Shown here: positions 32,701 through 41,444 of the stretch, piece by piece
Layout: each line of letters opens with the position of its first letter
How positions within the stretch are numbered: the stretch's first letter is position 1
From: Candidatus Poribacteria bacterium
GTDB lineage: Bacteria; Poribacteria; WGA-4E; PCPOR2b
NCBI GenBank assembly: GCA_965218095.1
Contig: OZ244587.1
Location: forward strand, 3,776,001 to 3,840,000
Reading direction: 5' to 3'
Length of the DNA stretch: 64,000 nt
Made by a program: the position numbers and the translations under genes
The notes under the pieces: model-generated
What the model was told of the DNA's origin: nothing
Databases searched by the model: none
The model's input: only the letters and a program-made list of their open reading frames with translations

Positions 32701-35700
32701 CGTCACCACGCCGCGCTCCCACTGATTGCCGACAATTTCTATTGATGCCCACTCAAATATACCCCTCACAACCCCCGGCCTGTTTTTCCGCACCCAGAAG
32801 CGAAGATGCTGCACAAACCCAAGGTTTGGCAGGCGGTTCCCCTGAGGCGTGGCTGCACTGAGTGGAATGCTCAGAAACGTCCAACCGTTTGGGTTACGGC
32901 GCTTCAGCCACTCTTCAGGAATATCGTTGAGAGGAATCTCGATTTCAAGGTAGGCGTCGATAGTGTCCAGGACGCCATCCCCGTTAAGATCTTCTGTATC
33001 CAAAACCGTATTGTCTGGACCAACTCTCGTCGGTTGAAACCCGGCACTATATTCCCAGCCCTCATCCTCGCCGGTGTCCAGCGATCCATTTGCGCTGAAT
33101 CTCCGGGCGGAGGGCAAGTTTTCCAAATCAAGGTCCAACGTATCGATTTTTCCATCCCTGTTGATGTCTTCCAGATCCGCCGGAAGGTCTTCGGTATCAA
33201 GCCGGTCATCGAAGTCGCTGTCCTCGCTCACAACGCCGAGATCGATATACAACGTCACATCCGGATCGTCGCGCACACGGAGCCAGATTTCAAGGAATTC
33301 TCGATCCGAAAAATCTGTTCCTGATGCCGAGAGGCCATACGAAAAGCCTCCCCACTCCTCAATGACATCTGTCAGATCATAACCGACTTCCATGACGAGG
33401 CGTTCCTCTGTTGATGTCGCTAGCGGATTAATCAATGACGCGGGGACCTTACGGTTACGCATGTAGTTGCCGACAGCCTGGGAATCGTTCCGGTCTTTCG
33501 TCAGGACGTGAAAGAGCACCCGGTTGTCCAGCATTATTCCTTCCGCAACAGGCGGACTGCTCACTCGCCAATCGTGTTTGAACGTGAGTGTGGTTGACGC
33601 TTCCCGCGCCCCTTCCATGTTATCGATCAGGGCAACACCAACGCTATTTGGGTTGTTGTGGGAAAACCCCGTCTCCCCGCTGAAGTCGATCGACAGAGGA
33701 AAATTACGCATCGAGATAAACGGCAACGGATTCAACAGCCACGCCAGGTTGAAATTCTTCCCAAAGCTGGTGTTGATGTTGAACGCCTGCAATCGACTTG
33801 GCGAGCCGGTTACATCGGGGATGCGAGCCGGTTTTTGGCCAGTGTTCAGAATGTAGCCTGTTGAGAGGCTAAACCCTTTTTGGAAAACAGGATTGAAATA
33901 ACTGCTCGTACCGGTACGCAGCCCACGTCTTGATCGACCGCCCAAACTTGAGTATCCGCCAAAACCACCGTAACTACTGCCACCATATTGACTGCCGCCG
34001 AATCCTCCCTCAAATCTACCGGAGGAACTTCGTCCGAAGGAGGCGCGGACACCGGACTCATCGTCGGTCTCGCGACGGGTGCGTTTGCCACTGAGCCGCT
34101 CAAACCGATCCAACTTTTTTTGCTGCTTCTCCGTTTTCGGTTTGGGAACGTAGGAATACTCCATCCATAATCCGGCGACGGTTTGCTGCAATGACCCGCC
34201 AAACGGCGTGCGTTCAAATTCAACTTCAATCTCATCGAACTCATCAAGTTTGGTAAAGAAGCGGATGCTCCCCACCTCATAGATCATCGTGTAATCAACA
34301 TCGCGTTGTAGCGGGCGTCTGTTGCGTCGCACCTTCTCGCTGCCCGGGATGACGAAGAGCCCAACATTATAGGTCTCCGATTGGAAAGAGTAATCCGCGA
34401 TAATGGTGTAGGCCGCATCCGTCGTCCGCGGATTTTCGAGGTAGATTGCTTCGTTACTCAACTGATCACGGAATTGGAAGTAAGGGCTGTTGGGGTCATC
34501 AATGACAAACGGACGCAAATCGGGAAACGTCAGGAGTCCGCGGTCAAAATTGATAACCTCCGGATCGACGATGCCATCTCCATTTTGATCGAGCCCAAAG
34601 ATCTGGAGATACGGTATTTTTTCGGTCCCCGTATCAAACGATTCGCCGCCCCCCTGACGCACAATGACGATCTGATAATCCCGTGGGCTAATATTCCGGT
34701 TGCCGAGGCTATACACGCGCCGCGCTTCCGTCCCCCGCAGGCTTTTCTTTTTGATGGTGACATAGCCAATCTCCTCACCCTCCTCATCAATGGCACCGTC
34801 GCCGTTTTCGTCCTCAAAGACGTTCCCTGGAATCCCAACCACGCCGCCGCCATCACCAAGATATTCATAAGCGACAACGATCTCGTAGCTGGCGGAAATC
34901 GGCGTTAAGAATTCGATTTCACCGGTTTCGTAATTGATATTATAATCCTGACCCGCTTGCTGGATATTGAAGTATCCACGCACCGTCCGCACTCCGCCCT
35001 GGTTATTGCTCGCGACGTTATCATCAATATAGATCTCCTCACTGCCCCGCTGAATGCGGAGGTAAGAATCGTGGATGAGCTCATCTTCACCAAGCTGAAT
35101 AAAGTAAAAACGTTCTTTCACATAATTCGCATCCACAATCTGGAGGCCTCGGCCACCAGCGGCGCGCCGCGATTCCCCACGGAAACGACGTACATCAGAG
35201 ATCCCTTTGCTGCGGGAGCCGAAGGCCGTCAACTTCGCCCCGCCAAGTTCAGCGACAGCTTCAAGCCCAAACAGATTACGGTTGACGTTCAAGAAGCGGG
35301 TATTAGGCAGGTTGAGGGTAAGGTCGCCAAAAGAGAGGGTTTTGAGGATGCTACCTTCAGTGCCTTCGTACCAAATCCGGATCTTCTGCTCCTTTGCGCC
35401 GCCGAAGCCACCGCTATAGCTTCCGTAGCCGCCGCTATAACTGCGGCCGAAGGAATCGCTACCGGAGTCGCTATAATCAACTGCAACGTGGGTACGCTCG
35501 CCGACCCGGCCGTGCAAGCCCACCTGGAGGGTCTGCCGAATGTTCAGACCTGAAGCACGGGGCACACCGCCGTAACGAGTGGTTCCGAAACCGCGGCCGT
35601 ACCCTCCGCCAAATCCTCCACCATATCCACCGAAATCACTGAAGTTGTTGTAGGTGTAGGAGGAGGTCAACCCGAGATCGAGTCCAGTGCCGAAACTACG

Positions 35701-36276
35701 ACCCGCGAAGCCTCCTCCAAAACGGTTGACGTCGCCTTCGCCAAAATAGTGCGTTTTGTTCAGTTCGATCTTCACCGATTTGTGTCCGGTGATCTGAAGG
35801 TTTGACTGGAGCGGGAGCGCAATACCTTTTTCCTTCTCCTTCAGTTTCCCTTCGTGCAGACTCTCAAGCTCCTTGAAATCGAGCAGACGTGGCGGGTTTT
35901 TCCAACGATGCAGCGCTTCAAAGTAGGGCGTCAACATCTCTAAGCGGAGGTCTTGTTCTTCTGCTTCCGCTTCGGGTGGGCTAGGTTGGACTCTCCACGG
36001 ATCAAGATCTGCCTCGTCGGACGCCGGCGCTCGGTCTATCTCACGGGTTGGAGGTGCCCAAAAATCCTGTGCTTTCGATTCATCGGGAAATTCGGAAGGC
36101 TGGTCGGTTTCCGCCTTATCCCGGTCAGGAGATCGGTGTTTTATGTAATACTCCGTCAACGAAGCGTTTTTGCGAACGGGGTCGGCATTAGCACTGGGGA
36201 GAAGTAAAATGGGAAAAATGATTGCAAAGATAAAAAGGAAAGCGTGTCGAAAAGTCTTTGGGACGATAAAATTCAA
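29743..36276 (-). CDS. SprA-like giant outer-membrane protein (type IX secretion translocon homolog)
   Basis: Signal peptide; YEG...ILK...GDLTLNLPNTRF...LFG, PGSEKV...LQRDVDYT.IYEVGSIRF, IDNMEG, DLGVVSED, DTEDLNGDG and GEVWVNEI resemble SprA blocks; amphipathic beta-strand C-terminus ending EFQ. Confidence 0.75.
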   Translation of the reverse strand: MNFIVPKTFRHAFLFIFAIIFPILLLPSANADPVRKNASLTEYYIKHRSPDRDKAETDQPSEFPDESKAQDFWAPPTREIDRAPASDEADLDPWRVQPSPPEAEAEEQDLRLEMLTPYFEALHRWKNPPRLLDFKELESLHEGKLKEKEKGIALPLQSNLQITGHKSVKIELNKTHYFGEGDVNRFGGGFAGRSFGTGLDLGLTSSYTYNNFSDFGGYGGGFGGGYGRGFGTTRYGGVPRASGLNIRQTLQVGLHGRVGERTHVAVDYSDSGSDSFGRSYSGGYGSYSGGFGGAKEQKIRIWYEGTEGSILKTLSFGDLTLNLPNTRFLNVNRNLFGLEAVAELGGAKLTAFGSRSKGISDVRRFRGESRRAAGGRGLQIVDANYVKERFYFIQLGEDELIHDSYLRIQRGSEEIYIDDNVASNNQGGVRTVRGYFNIQQAGQDYNINYETGEIEFLTPISASYEIVVAYEYLGDGGGVVGIPGNVFEDENGDGAIDEEGEEIGYVTIKKKSLRGTEARRVYSLGNRNISPRDYQIVIVRQGGGESFDTGTEKIPYLQIFGLDQNGDGIVDPEVINFDRGLLTFPDLRPFVIDDPNSPYFQFRDQLSNEAIYLENPRTTDAAYTIIADYSFQSETYNVGLFVIPGSEKVRRNRRPLQRDVDYTMIYEVGSIRFFTKLDEFDEIEVEFERTPFGGSLQQTVAGLWMEYSYVPKPKTEKQQKKLDRFERLSGKRTRRETDDESGVRASFGRSSSGRFEGGFGGSQYGGSSYGGFGGYSSLGGRSRRGLRTGTSSYFNPVFQKGFSLSTGYILNTGQKPARIPDVTGSPSRLQAFNINTSFGKNFNLAWLLNPLPFISMRNFPLSIDFSGETGFSHNNPNSVGVALIDNMEGAREASTTLTFKHDWRVSSPPVAEGIMLDNRVLFHVLTKDRNDSQAVGNYMRNRKVPASLINPLATSTEERLVMEVGYDLTDVIEEWGGFSYGLSASGTDFSDREFLEIWLRVRDDPDVTLYIDLGVVSEDSDFDDRLDTEDLPADLEDINRDGKIDTLDLDLENLPSARRFSANGSLDTGEDEGWEYSAGFQPTRVGPDNTVLDTEDLNGDGVLDTIDAYLEIEIPLNDIPEEWLKRRNPNGWTFLSIPLSAATPQGNRLPNLGFVQHLRFWVRKNRPGVVRGIFEWASIEIVGNQWERGVVTKNNAVTTDTTETFTVGTKDNFNFDDYQIAYDKIKNDDAFRKLHPFTEAAFGFQQRQQHEQTLTLNYVLLPESFGVTSRRLRGIQQSQGQDFSKYDKLRLWLYGDRSQTTFVLRLAPSIRTGFRSAFRSAGPFDDPREQEEEINIFENLRDFYEYTHVVDFDGWKLIEIELQDLKRNEYPDVDLTPQPPSLQGQGELPPPRLEEGTDEASEDTPEQEDPNKLDGHPDGFVVRGTNSSQLSIKNIGGILLGIRNDTNQEISGEVWVNEIHVSNPLVRSGWARRGNVSIALGNMLQVNGGYARQDKDFESSAGDTGRQRRLDRGFSTTSNDFNIDTELNLFHWLPIRYSIREQETETESQRGSFRSFQSGESKTKNRDFSVRLNLQPLPALGFALNRQDFWNERQGTEISDLYTGSFRFGLGSVFGLDLQYRHEDVETDPSTVTDTSGGGRSSFGYGYGRNRDEKVDSGSISIDISPISSFSLNPTYEIRRTLEKRDPNAQRGRGFGFSGFGLPTSTTPTTTDTQGTDEPAVEPEFTIAQREHRLSLHPRLNRDLLGIRPTINNRVSFRENWFGDKKDASINANVSLGLNIRPRAWFGWLFREPEPETPAEADGEGIDEEGGEGKKGSKEGSKEGGEAKSKPSAEFDSFEEEMRLEERRQRELERLEHRGIDQDMIEEVESQRGDWISRDKAELERKLRKRQSQREKGETGLFRRSIESFGLNANVSFNTQDSLRRLNPGISIVEILELPDEAEERTQSRQGTRYGFRTSVDPWGWASLGSNIDFNNNFTKTSSTSSRSKSSSYEGDIKIFNGNNTSTLQMRYRYTLRDQSNINTRIGESIAHEPSISWSQTWEQATRSALGIRLTRREQERYGIDSTSLIITPNLSIDYRVRLEGGLRLPFIGKRIPLKHDLDLTNTFSTVLRRERFGANREERSERYETSLRLGYELSTRLTANLNLGLSYNDDHVEEGRDFISVASSVMIRGEFQ

Positions 36277-36399
36277 TACGTATCTCCATCAGGTCAGGAA
36301 TAACGTGAAACCTCTCAAAGGTTCAAAACCTTTGTCTGGCTCATCAAGGTTTGGAGATAAACGCGAATGGGGAGGGGCTAGTTTACGTGATTGTTTGGG

Positions 36400-36660
36400 C
36401 TTATGGCTTACTCATGGAATGGAAGGAAGCGATTTCTCAGGCTTTGGGTGAAATTGGTCGTCCCGCTCAGAAAATCGTACCTGTGTTGATACAGGCGTTA
36501 ACGGATGAGAATTACACGGTTCGCCAACCGGCAGCTGGAGGATTGGGGCGGATAGGTGAAGCTGCTCAGGAAGCAGCGCTTGCGTTAATCGAGGCATTAA
36601 CGGATGGACATTACTTCGTCTGTTCGTTGGCAGCCTGGGCATGGGGGGAGATTGGCGAAT
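36400..36660 (+). pseudogene. HEAT-repeat fragment
   Basis: ALGEIGRPAQKIVPVLIQALTDENYTVRQPAAGGLGRIG; no convincing start or C-terminus. Confidence 0.55.
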
Positions 36661-36680
36661 TGTGCTTCGATATTTTGACC

Positions 36681-36709
36681 TTGACAGGGGGTTATTGTTA
36701 TTATACCAT
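36681..36709 (+). promoter_or_regulatory. putative sigma-70 promoter for the TPR gene
   Basis: TTGACA-17 nt-TACCAT; AGGAGG precedes the ATG at 36769. Confidence 0.45.
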
Positions 36710-36768
36710 TCTCCGGGCATATTCTTGTTTCAACTTCAAGTTAGTCAGCTTCAGGAGGCTGTGTAAAA

Positions 36769-39111
36769 ATGAAAAAATGGAAAAATAACAGAATAGGAAA
36801 AGACATCGACAGTTTGGAAAAGTCAGCAGCGGCAGAGGGGACACTTAATCGTCTTGTCTTCATAGCCGCCAGCCTTCCAACCTTGCTTTTATCCCTTACT
36901 TTCATCCCCCTCATTTCCCTGACCACTTTCGCCCAGGATCCGCGCATCCAAGAAGATCAAATCGCTATTCAAAACGCCCATGATCTCTTCTACTCCCAAA
37001 AATATTCAGAGGCGGTTGCAGCTTACCAGGCGTTATTGAAAACCCCGTTGCGCCAAAACTCAAAGGATTCGATTCGTATGAATCTAGGACGATCGTATGC
37101 AAAGCTCGGCGATGATGCGCTCGCACTCCAAAGTTTCCAGGCGGTTATCGCCGACGATCCGGACGGTTCGTATGCCAGTCAAGCGGTGAACCAGATTGGA
37201 ACGCTTTTTCGTCAGCGGTATCAGTACAAGAAAGCCATTCTCGCGTGCCGACAACTCGCTAACAAGTATCCAAATACGCGGACGGCAGCAATTGCACGTT
37301 ACTTAATCGCTCAATACATCTCTGCGGATGGCAGATATGACGAAGCGATTGAAAGCTACCGCAGTTTTCTAAAAGATTTTCCGACCTCCCCTTACCGCAT
37401 CAGTGTCTTCAATAACCTTATTCATCTATACCGCATCCGCCACAGGTATGCCGATGCGGAGAAATTACTCCGGGATGGCCTCCGGCAAAACCCAAACGAT
37501 GTGAACCTGATGGAGCAACTAGCAAGTCTCTACAAAGAGCAAGGAAAATACGATGAGGCGTTAGATCTCTACCGCGCTGCCCTTAATCAAAACCCGAAGA
37601 ACACAAATATTCTCAAGAAGCTCGGCGAGCTATACGCAGAGCACGGTCAGCATGATCTCGCAGTTGACCAGTGGGTGAAGATTGTCCAAAGCGATCCGAA
37701 CCAATCCTACCGATACCAGCAATTGGGGTCGATTTACACGTCCCACCAGATGTATGAAAAAGCCATCGAAGCTTATGAAACAGCCCTCCGCCTCAATCCC
37801 AAAATCCCTCACCTTTACACCCAACTTGCGGACATCTACAAGATTCAAGGGCAAGTCAATATGGCGGTCAACACCTATCTGCGGGCGTTGAACGCAGTGG
37901 ACATTGGCTATAGTGGACGTGATACCCTCATCGAAAGCATGGCGGAGATCTATGAGGGAGAACAGCGGCAGCGTTTGTTGGGACAGGTAATAGATCAGCT
38001 TCAAGCGAATCTGAAAGCCCATCCACAGAATCCAGGTCTAGTGCTATCCCTGGCAGAGGTCTTTTTCCATCTGGGGAATTTAGATCTGGCGCTCGAAAAT
38101 TTTAAGCGACTGCGCCAGCTTTACCCTATCGATCGCGGGCGCATTCTGGAGAAGTATGCGCAAATTCTGGAGCGGAACAAGAATCCCAAAGCGGCTGATT
38201 TTTACCGGGCGATTGCTGCACTTTTCCCAAATACCCATTTAGCCTGGAGTGCACAGATGAAGCTGGTACGGTTCTATGAGCGGATGGAGCGGTGGGGTGA
38301 CGCGCTGGTCGTTTTGACGAACATGACGCAGCAACGCGGCAATCCTCCGACGCAACTGCTCCTAGGGCATGTGTGGTTACACGGCATACGCGATGTTGAG
38401 ACAGCGCTGCAAACCTATCAAAGGTTAGCCAGCCAGCCATTGACGACAAACCAAAAAATGCAAGCTCAACTGGGAGTGGCGGCGTGTTACATCTTGCAGG
38501 GAAAGTCCGTCGCAGCCGAGAACGTCCTTCAACCGATTACTGATAGGCGTAGCAACTTCCAGGCGGAAGCGCGAAAGTTAATCGGCGATGCGCAGCTTCT
38601 TCGCGGAGACCTAGAAGGTGCGGTCACAACATATAAGAGCGTGCTTGATATCGCTATGTCCGATCCGTTGAGCAACGACGCCCTGGATCGCGTCGTTCTG
38701 ATTCAATCCAACCCGGACTACAGCAGCAAACCCCTCAAGCGTTACCTCGAAGCGCTGCGAAGCGATCTGAGCGGACAAACGGAGGCAGCGTTAAAATTGT
38801 GCAAGGAAACGATAGTGGAATATCCGACCGCACTTATCGTTGATGAGCTCTGGATGTTAATCGCCGAAATTCATCAGAGGCAGGGGCGATATACTGACGC
38901 AATCGCGGCATATCAAGGCATACTCGCTTTGGAGGAGAGTCCAATCGCAGCAGAAGCAAAAGCAAAAATTGCTGACATCTACCGTTGGTGCCTCGGAGAG
39001 CTCACCAAAGCACAGAAGACCTATTCTGCGCTGATTAACGATTATCCGGAGAGCGTGATCGTCGCCTATGCCCGTCAGCAGCTTGATGAGCTTGCGAAGT
39101 CGCAACGTTAA
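36769..39111 (+). CDS. exported tetratricopeptide-repeat protein
   Basis: Hydrophobic N-terminal segment ending AQD; many TPR units (A..Y..AL..NP). Confidence 0.88.
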   Translation: MKKWKNNRIGKDIDSLEKSAAAEGTLNRLVFIAASLPTLLLSLTFIPLISLTTFAQDPRIQEDQIAIQNAHDLFYSQKYSEAVAAYQALLKTPLRQNSKDSIRMNLGRSYAKLGDDALALQSFQAVIADDPDGSYASQAVNQIGTLFRQRYQYKKAILACRQLANKYPNTRTAAIARYLIAQYISADGRYDEAIESYRSFLKDFPTSPYRISVFNNLIHLYRIRHRYADAEKLLRDGLRQNPNDVNLMEQLASLYKEQGKYDEALDLYRAALNQNPKNTNILKKLGELYAEHGQHDLAVDQWVKIVQSDPNQSYRYQQLGSIYTSHQMYEKAIEAYETALRLNPKIPHLYTQLADIYKIQGQVNMAVNTYLRALNAVDIGYSGRDTLIESMAEIYEGEQRQRLLGQVIDQLQANLKAHPQNPGLVLSLAEVFFHLGNLDLALENFKRLRQLYPIDRGRILEKYAQILERNKNPKAADFYRAIAALFPNTHLAWSAQMKLVRFYERMERWGDALVVLTNMTQQRGNPPTQLLLGHVWLHGIRDVETALQTYQRLASQPLTTNQKMQAQLGVAACYILQGKSVAAENVLQPITDRRSNFQAEARKLIGDAQLLRGDLEGAVTTYKSVLDIAMSDPLSNDALDRVVLIQSNPDYSSKPLKRYLEALRSDLSGQTEAALKLCKETIVEYPTALIVDELWMLIAEIHQRQGRYTDAIAAYQGILALEESPIAAEAKAKIADIYRWCLGELTKAQKTYSALINDYPESVIVAYARQQLDELAKSQR

Positions 39112-39259
39112 GGGACATAGATCTTTAGACGATTAGCTAAATGGTGCCACCAGAGCTCATCAGCTTCGACGCGCAAAATGTGCGTGGCGCCAGGTACATC
39201 GTTTGCCCCCAACCCCTTTTCAAAGACGGAAGTGTGGCGATCATCCTCCAAAAACCTGC

Positions 39260-39437
39260 CGAGTTCAATGATACTGGCAATCAAGTGAGTGATACACATC
39301 GCCAGGAAGTAGCTTCCTAACTCTTCATCGCTAAAATACCGCGGCATGTGGAGGATTATCAGACCAAGCGAGAGCGCACGACCGATAAGATGGGCAACAA
39401 AAAGTGCGGCAGGCGTATTTTCAAAGACACGGTTCAT
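39260..39437 (-). pseudogene. N-terminal remnant of a Wzx-like flippase
   Basis: MNRVFENT...LIGRALSLG...PRYFSDEELGSYFLA...IIELG matches the first two TM segments of polysaccharide flippases. Confidence 0.45.
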
Positions 39438-39772
39438 AGGAAGGCTATGAGACGGTGACAAAATATCGGAAAGCTTAAGCGGTTTCCCGTCCGTTGGTTC
39501 GAAAGCGACAAATTCGCCGGGGGCAACATCTCTAATCTCTAACGCCCATGAGAAGGCGGTTACAGTGAAAAAGAGTAGTAGGGAAAACTCCAGAAACGGC
39601 GTGAGAGCATATTTCCCTCCTATCATAAGCAAGAGCTTTCTCAAAAAACGGATCAATCAACAAAAGATTCATGACTTCAACGGGAGCCAGAATTGCAATA
39701 TCGGGTTCCGAGAAAAATAGGGGTGGTAATGTCAACACCATGCAGATGGAGCTATGCAACGTGCAATGCGTT

Positions 39773-40435
39773 TTACGTGACTCCCTTCCGGACATAATTG
39801 GGCGTCAGTGAGAAATAATCGTCGGATTGTCCGTTGAGCAATCGTTCGCAGCCGATCTGAGCGATATTGGCACCGCGTGGGACGTTGAAAATCGCCTCGG
39901 CAAGCACTGCGTCTTCGCCGAATCGTTCTTGAACGGCAGAGGCGTATCTCTGCAAGCCATCTCCGACAAAGACCGCTGGTTCGTCAATATGATCGAAAAA
40001 TGCCTCGATTGGGACACAAAGTTCATCAGACTTCTGCACGAAATTCTTCCCCCCGCGAAATACCGCTCCGTACACTTCGTTTTTTCGTGCATCGAGGATC
40101 GGGCAGATTAACCCATTCGTGCAGCGCAGGTTATACGCAATTGCCGCTAGTGTTGAGACGCCGATGATCGGTTTCTTAAGAGCATAGCAGAGTGATTTGA
40201 TCGTGCCCACGCCAATCCGGACGCCCGTAAATGACCCTGGACCTATCCCAACAGCACATGCATCGAGGTCATGCACAGTCAGATCCGCCCATTTTAAGAT
40301 CTGGTCTATCGTGGGCATCAACCTAGACGAATGAGTTTTCACAATATTGAGTGTATGTTCAGCAACGAAATGTTCTCCATCAATCAAACCGACGCTGCCG
40401 ATGGGAGTTGATGTATCAATGCCAAGAATTTTCAC
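39773..40435 (-). CDS. tsaB: tRNA threonylcarbamoyladenosine biosynthesis protein TsaB
   Basis: KILGIDTS, HSSRLMP, GIGPGSFTGVRIG, LDARKNEVY, PNYVR. Confidence 0.95.
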   Translation of the reverse strand: MKILGIDTSTPIGSVGLIDGEHFVAEHTLNIVKTHSSRLMPTIDQILKWADLTVHDLDACAVGIGPGSFTGVRIGVGTIKSLCYALKKPIIGVSTLAAIAYNLRCTNGLICPILDARKNEVYGAVFRGGKNFVQKSDELCVPIEAFFDHIDEPAVFVGDGLQRYASAVQERFGEDAVLAEAIFNVPRGANIAQIGCERLLNGQSDDYFSLTPNYVRKGVT

Positions 40436-40448
40436 GCCCGGAGAGCGA

Positions 40449-41444
40449 TTAAAATTCATCGTCAAACTCTACCAAAAACTCGGAACTGTATGGGCCGCTA
40501 CGTTCTTCCTGAAGAACCACATCGGGTGTTACAGATTGTTGAACATCATCGGTGAATATAACTGGGAAGATTTTATCAAGCACCTTTTGCATATCACCTG
40601 TAAACGGTGTGTGCGGAATTGATAGGACAGACAATACTTGTTCAAACCGCTTGTAGCCCTGTTCATCACGCAGTTCAACCCAAAGAATACCAAGTGAATC
40701 CAGTTGCTTCTTATTTGACTCCGAAAGCTTATCAGCTACGAAAACGCGACTATTCCGAGCGACCACAGCATCTGCACTTTCAGGATTTCCCTTGCCCATG
40801 AGTTTAACCTCACAACAATGTCTGGCACCGCTGTCACCCAGAAGATAAAAATCCACCTCGCGGACTGAGGCCGGAAGACTGCTCTGATTAAAATATTTCG
40901 TTGGCACCCGAAAGAGCGCACAAAGTGTTGTCATCAACGGTTTTTCGACCTGCTTACCCGCCGTGCTCCACAAGCCTCCATGAAGCGCGGCGCGTTTGAC
41001 AGCAATCGTGTTTATGACAATCAAACTTTCATTCACATTGAGATCAACACTCACATTGCGAAACTTGATTGTGAGACAAATATCAACATCACCTTCTGCT
41101 GTTAAACTTGCAATTGCATTGTAAAGTGCCTCGTAATGCTCAATAGACGCTTCCAACACAATTTCGCGTCTCCCCGAATTATACATATTTGAGATAGTTT
41201 TCATGTTCAAGCCTGAATGGATGGCGATTTCCTCTTTAGGGAGACCAGAATCCAATAACTCTTTTTTGTACCAATCAATTGTGACAGATTGATTCTCCAG
41301 TTTTGCATAAGCAACCCGTTTGAAGAAGTCTACGACATATTGCAAGAACTCAGCATCAATCAACGCGATGATTGATGCGCGATAATCTTGGCCTGCAAGC
41401 AGTTTGCGTATAATGTTCTTGATCACAATACCGGTGATAGTCAC
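40449..41444 (-). CDS. type II restriction endonuclease, CfrBI-like
   Basis: GGLWSTAGKQVEKPLM, REVDFYL and CEVKLMGKGNPESADA (PD-(D/E)xK); coupled to the MTase. Confidence 0.8.
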   Translation of the reverse strand: MTITGIVIKNIIRKLLAGQDYRASIIALIDAEFLQYVVDFFKRVAYAKLENQSVTIDWYKKELLDSGLPKEEIAIHSGLNMKTISNMYNSGRREIVLEASIEHYEALYNAIASLTAEGDVDICLTIKFRNVSVDLNVNESLIVINTIAVKRAALHGGLWSTAGKQVEKPLMTTLCALFRVPTKYFNQSSLPASVREVDFYLLGDSGARHCCEVKLMGKGNPESADAVVARNSRVFVADKLSESNKKQLDSLGILWVELRDEQGYKRFEQVLSVLSIPHTPFTGDMQKVLDKIFPVIFTDDVQQSVTPDVVLQEERSGPYSSEFLVEFDDEF

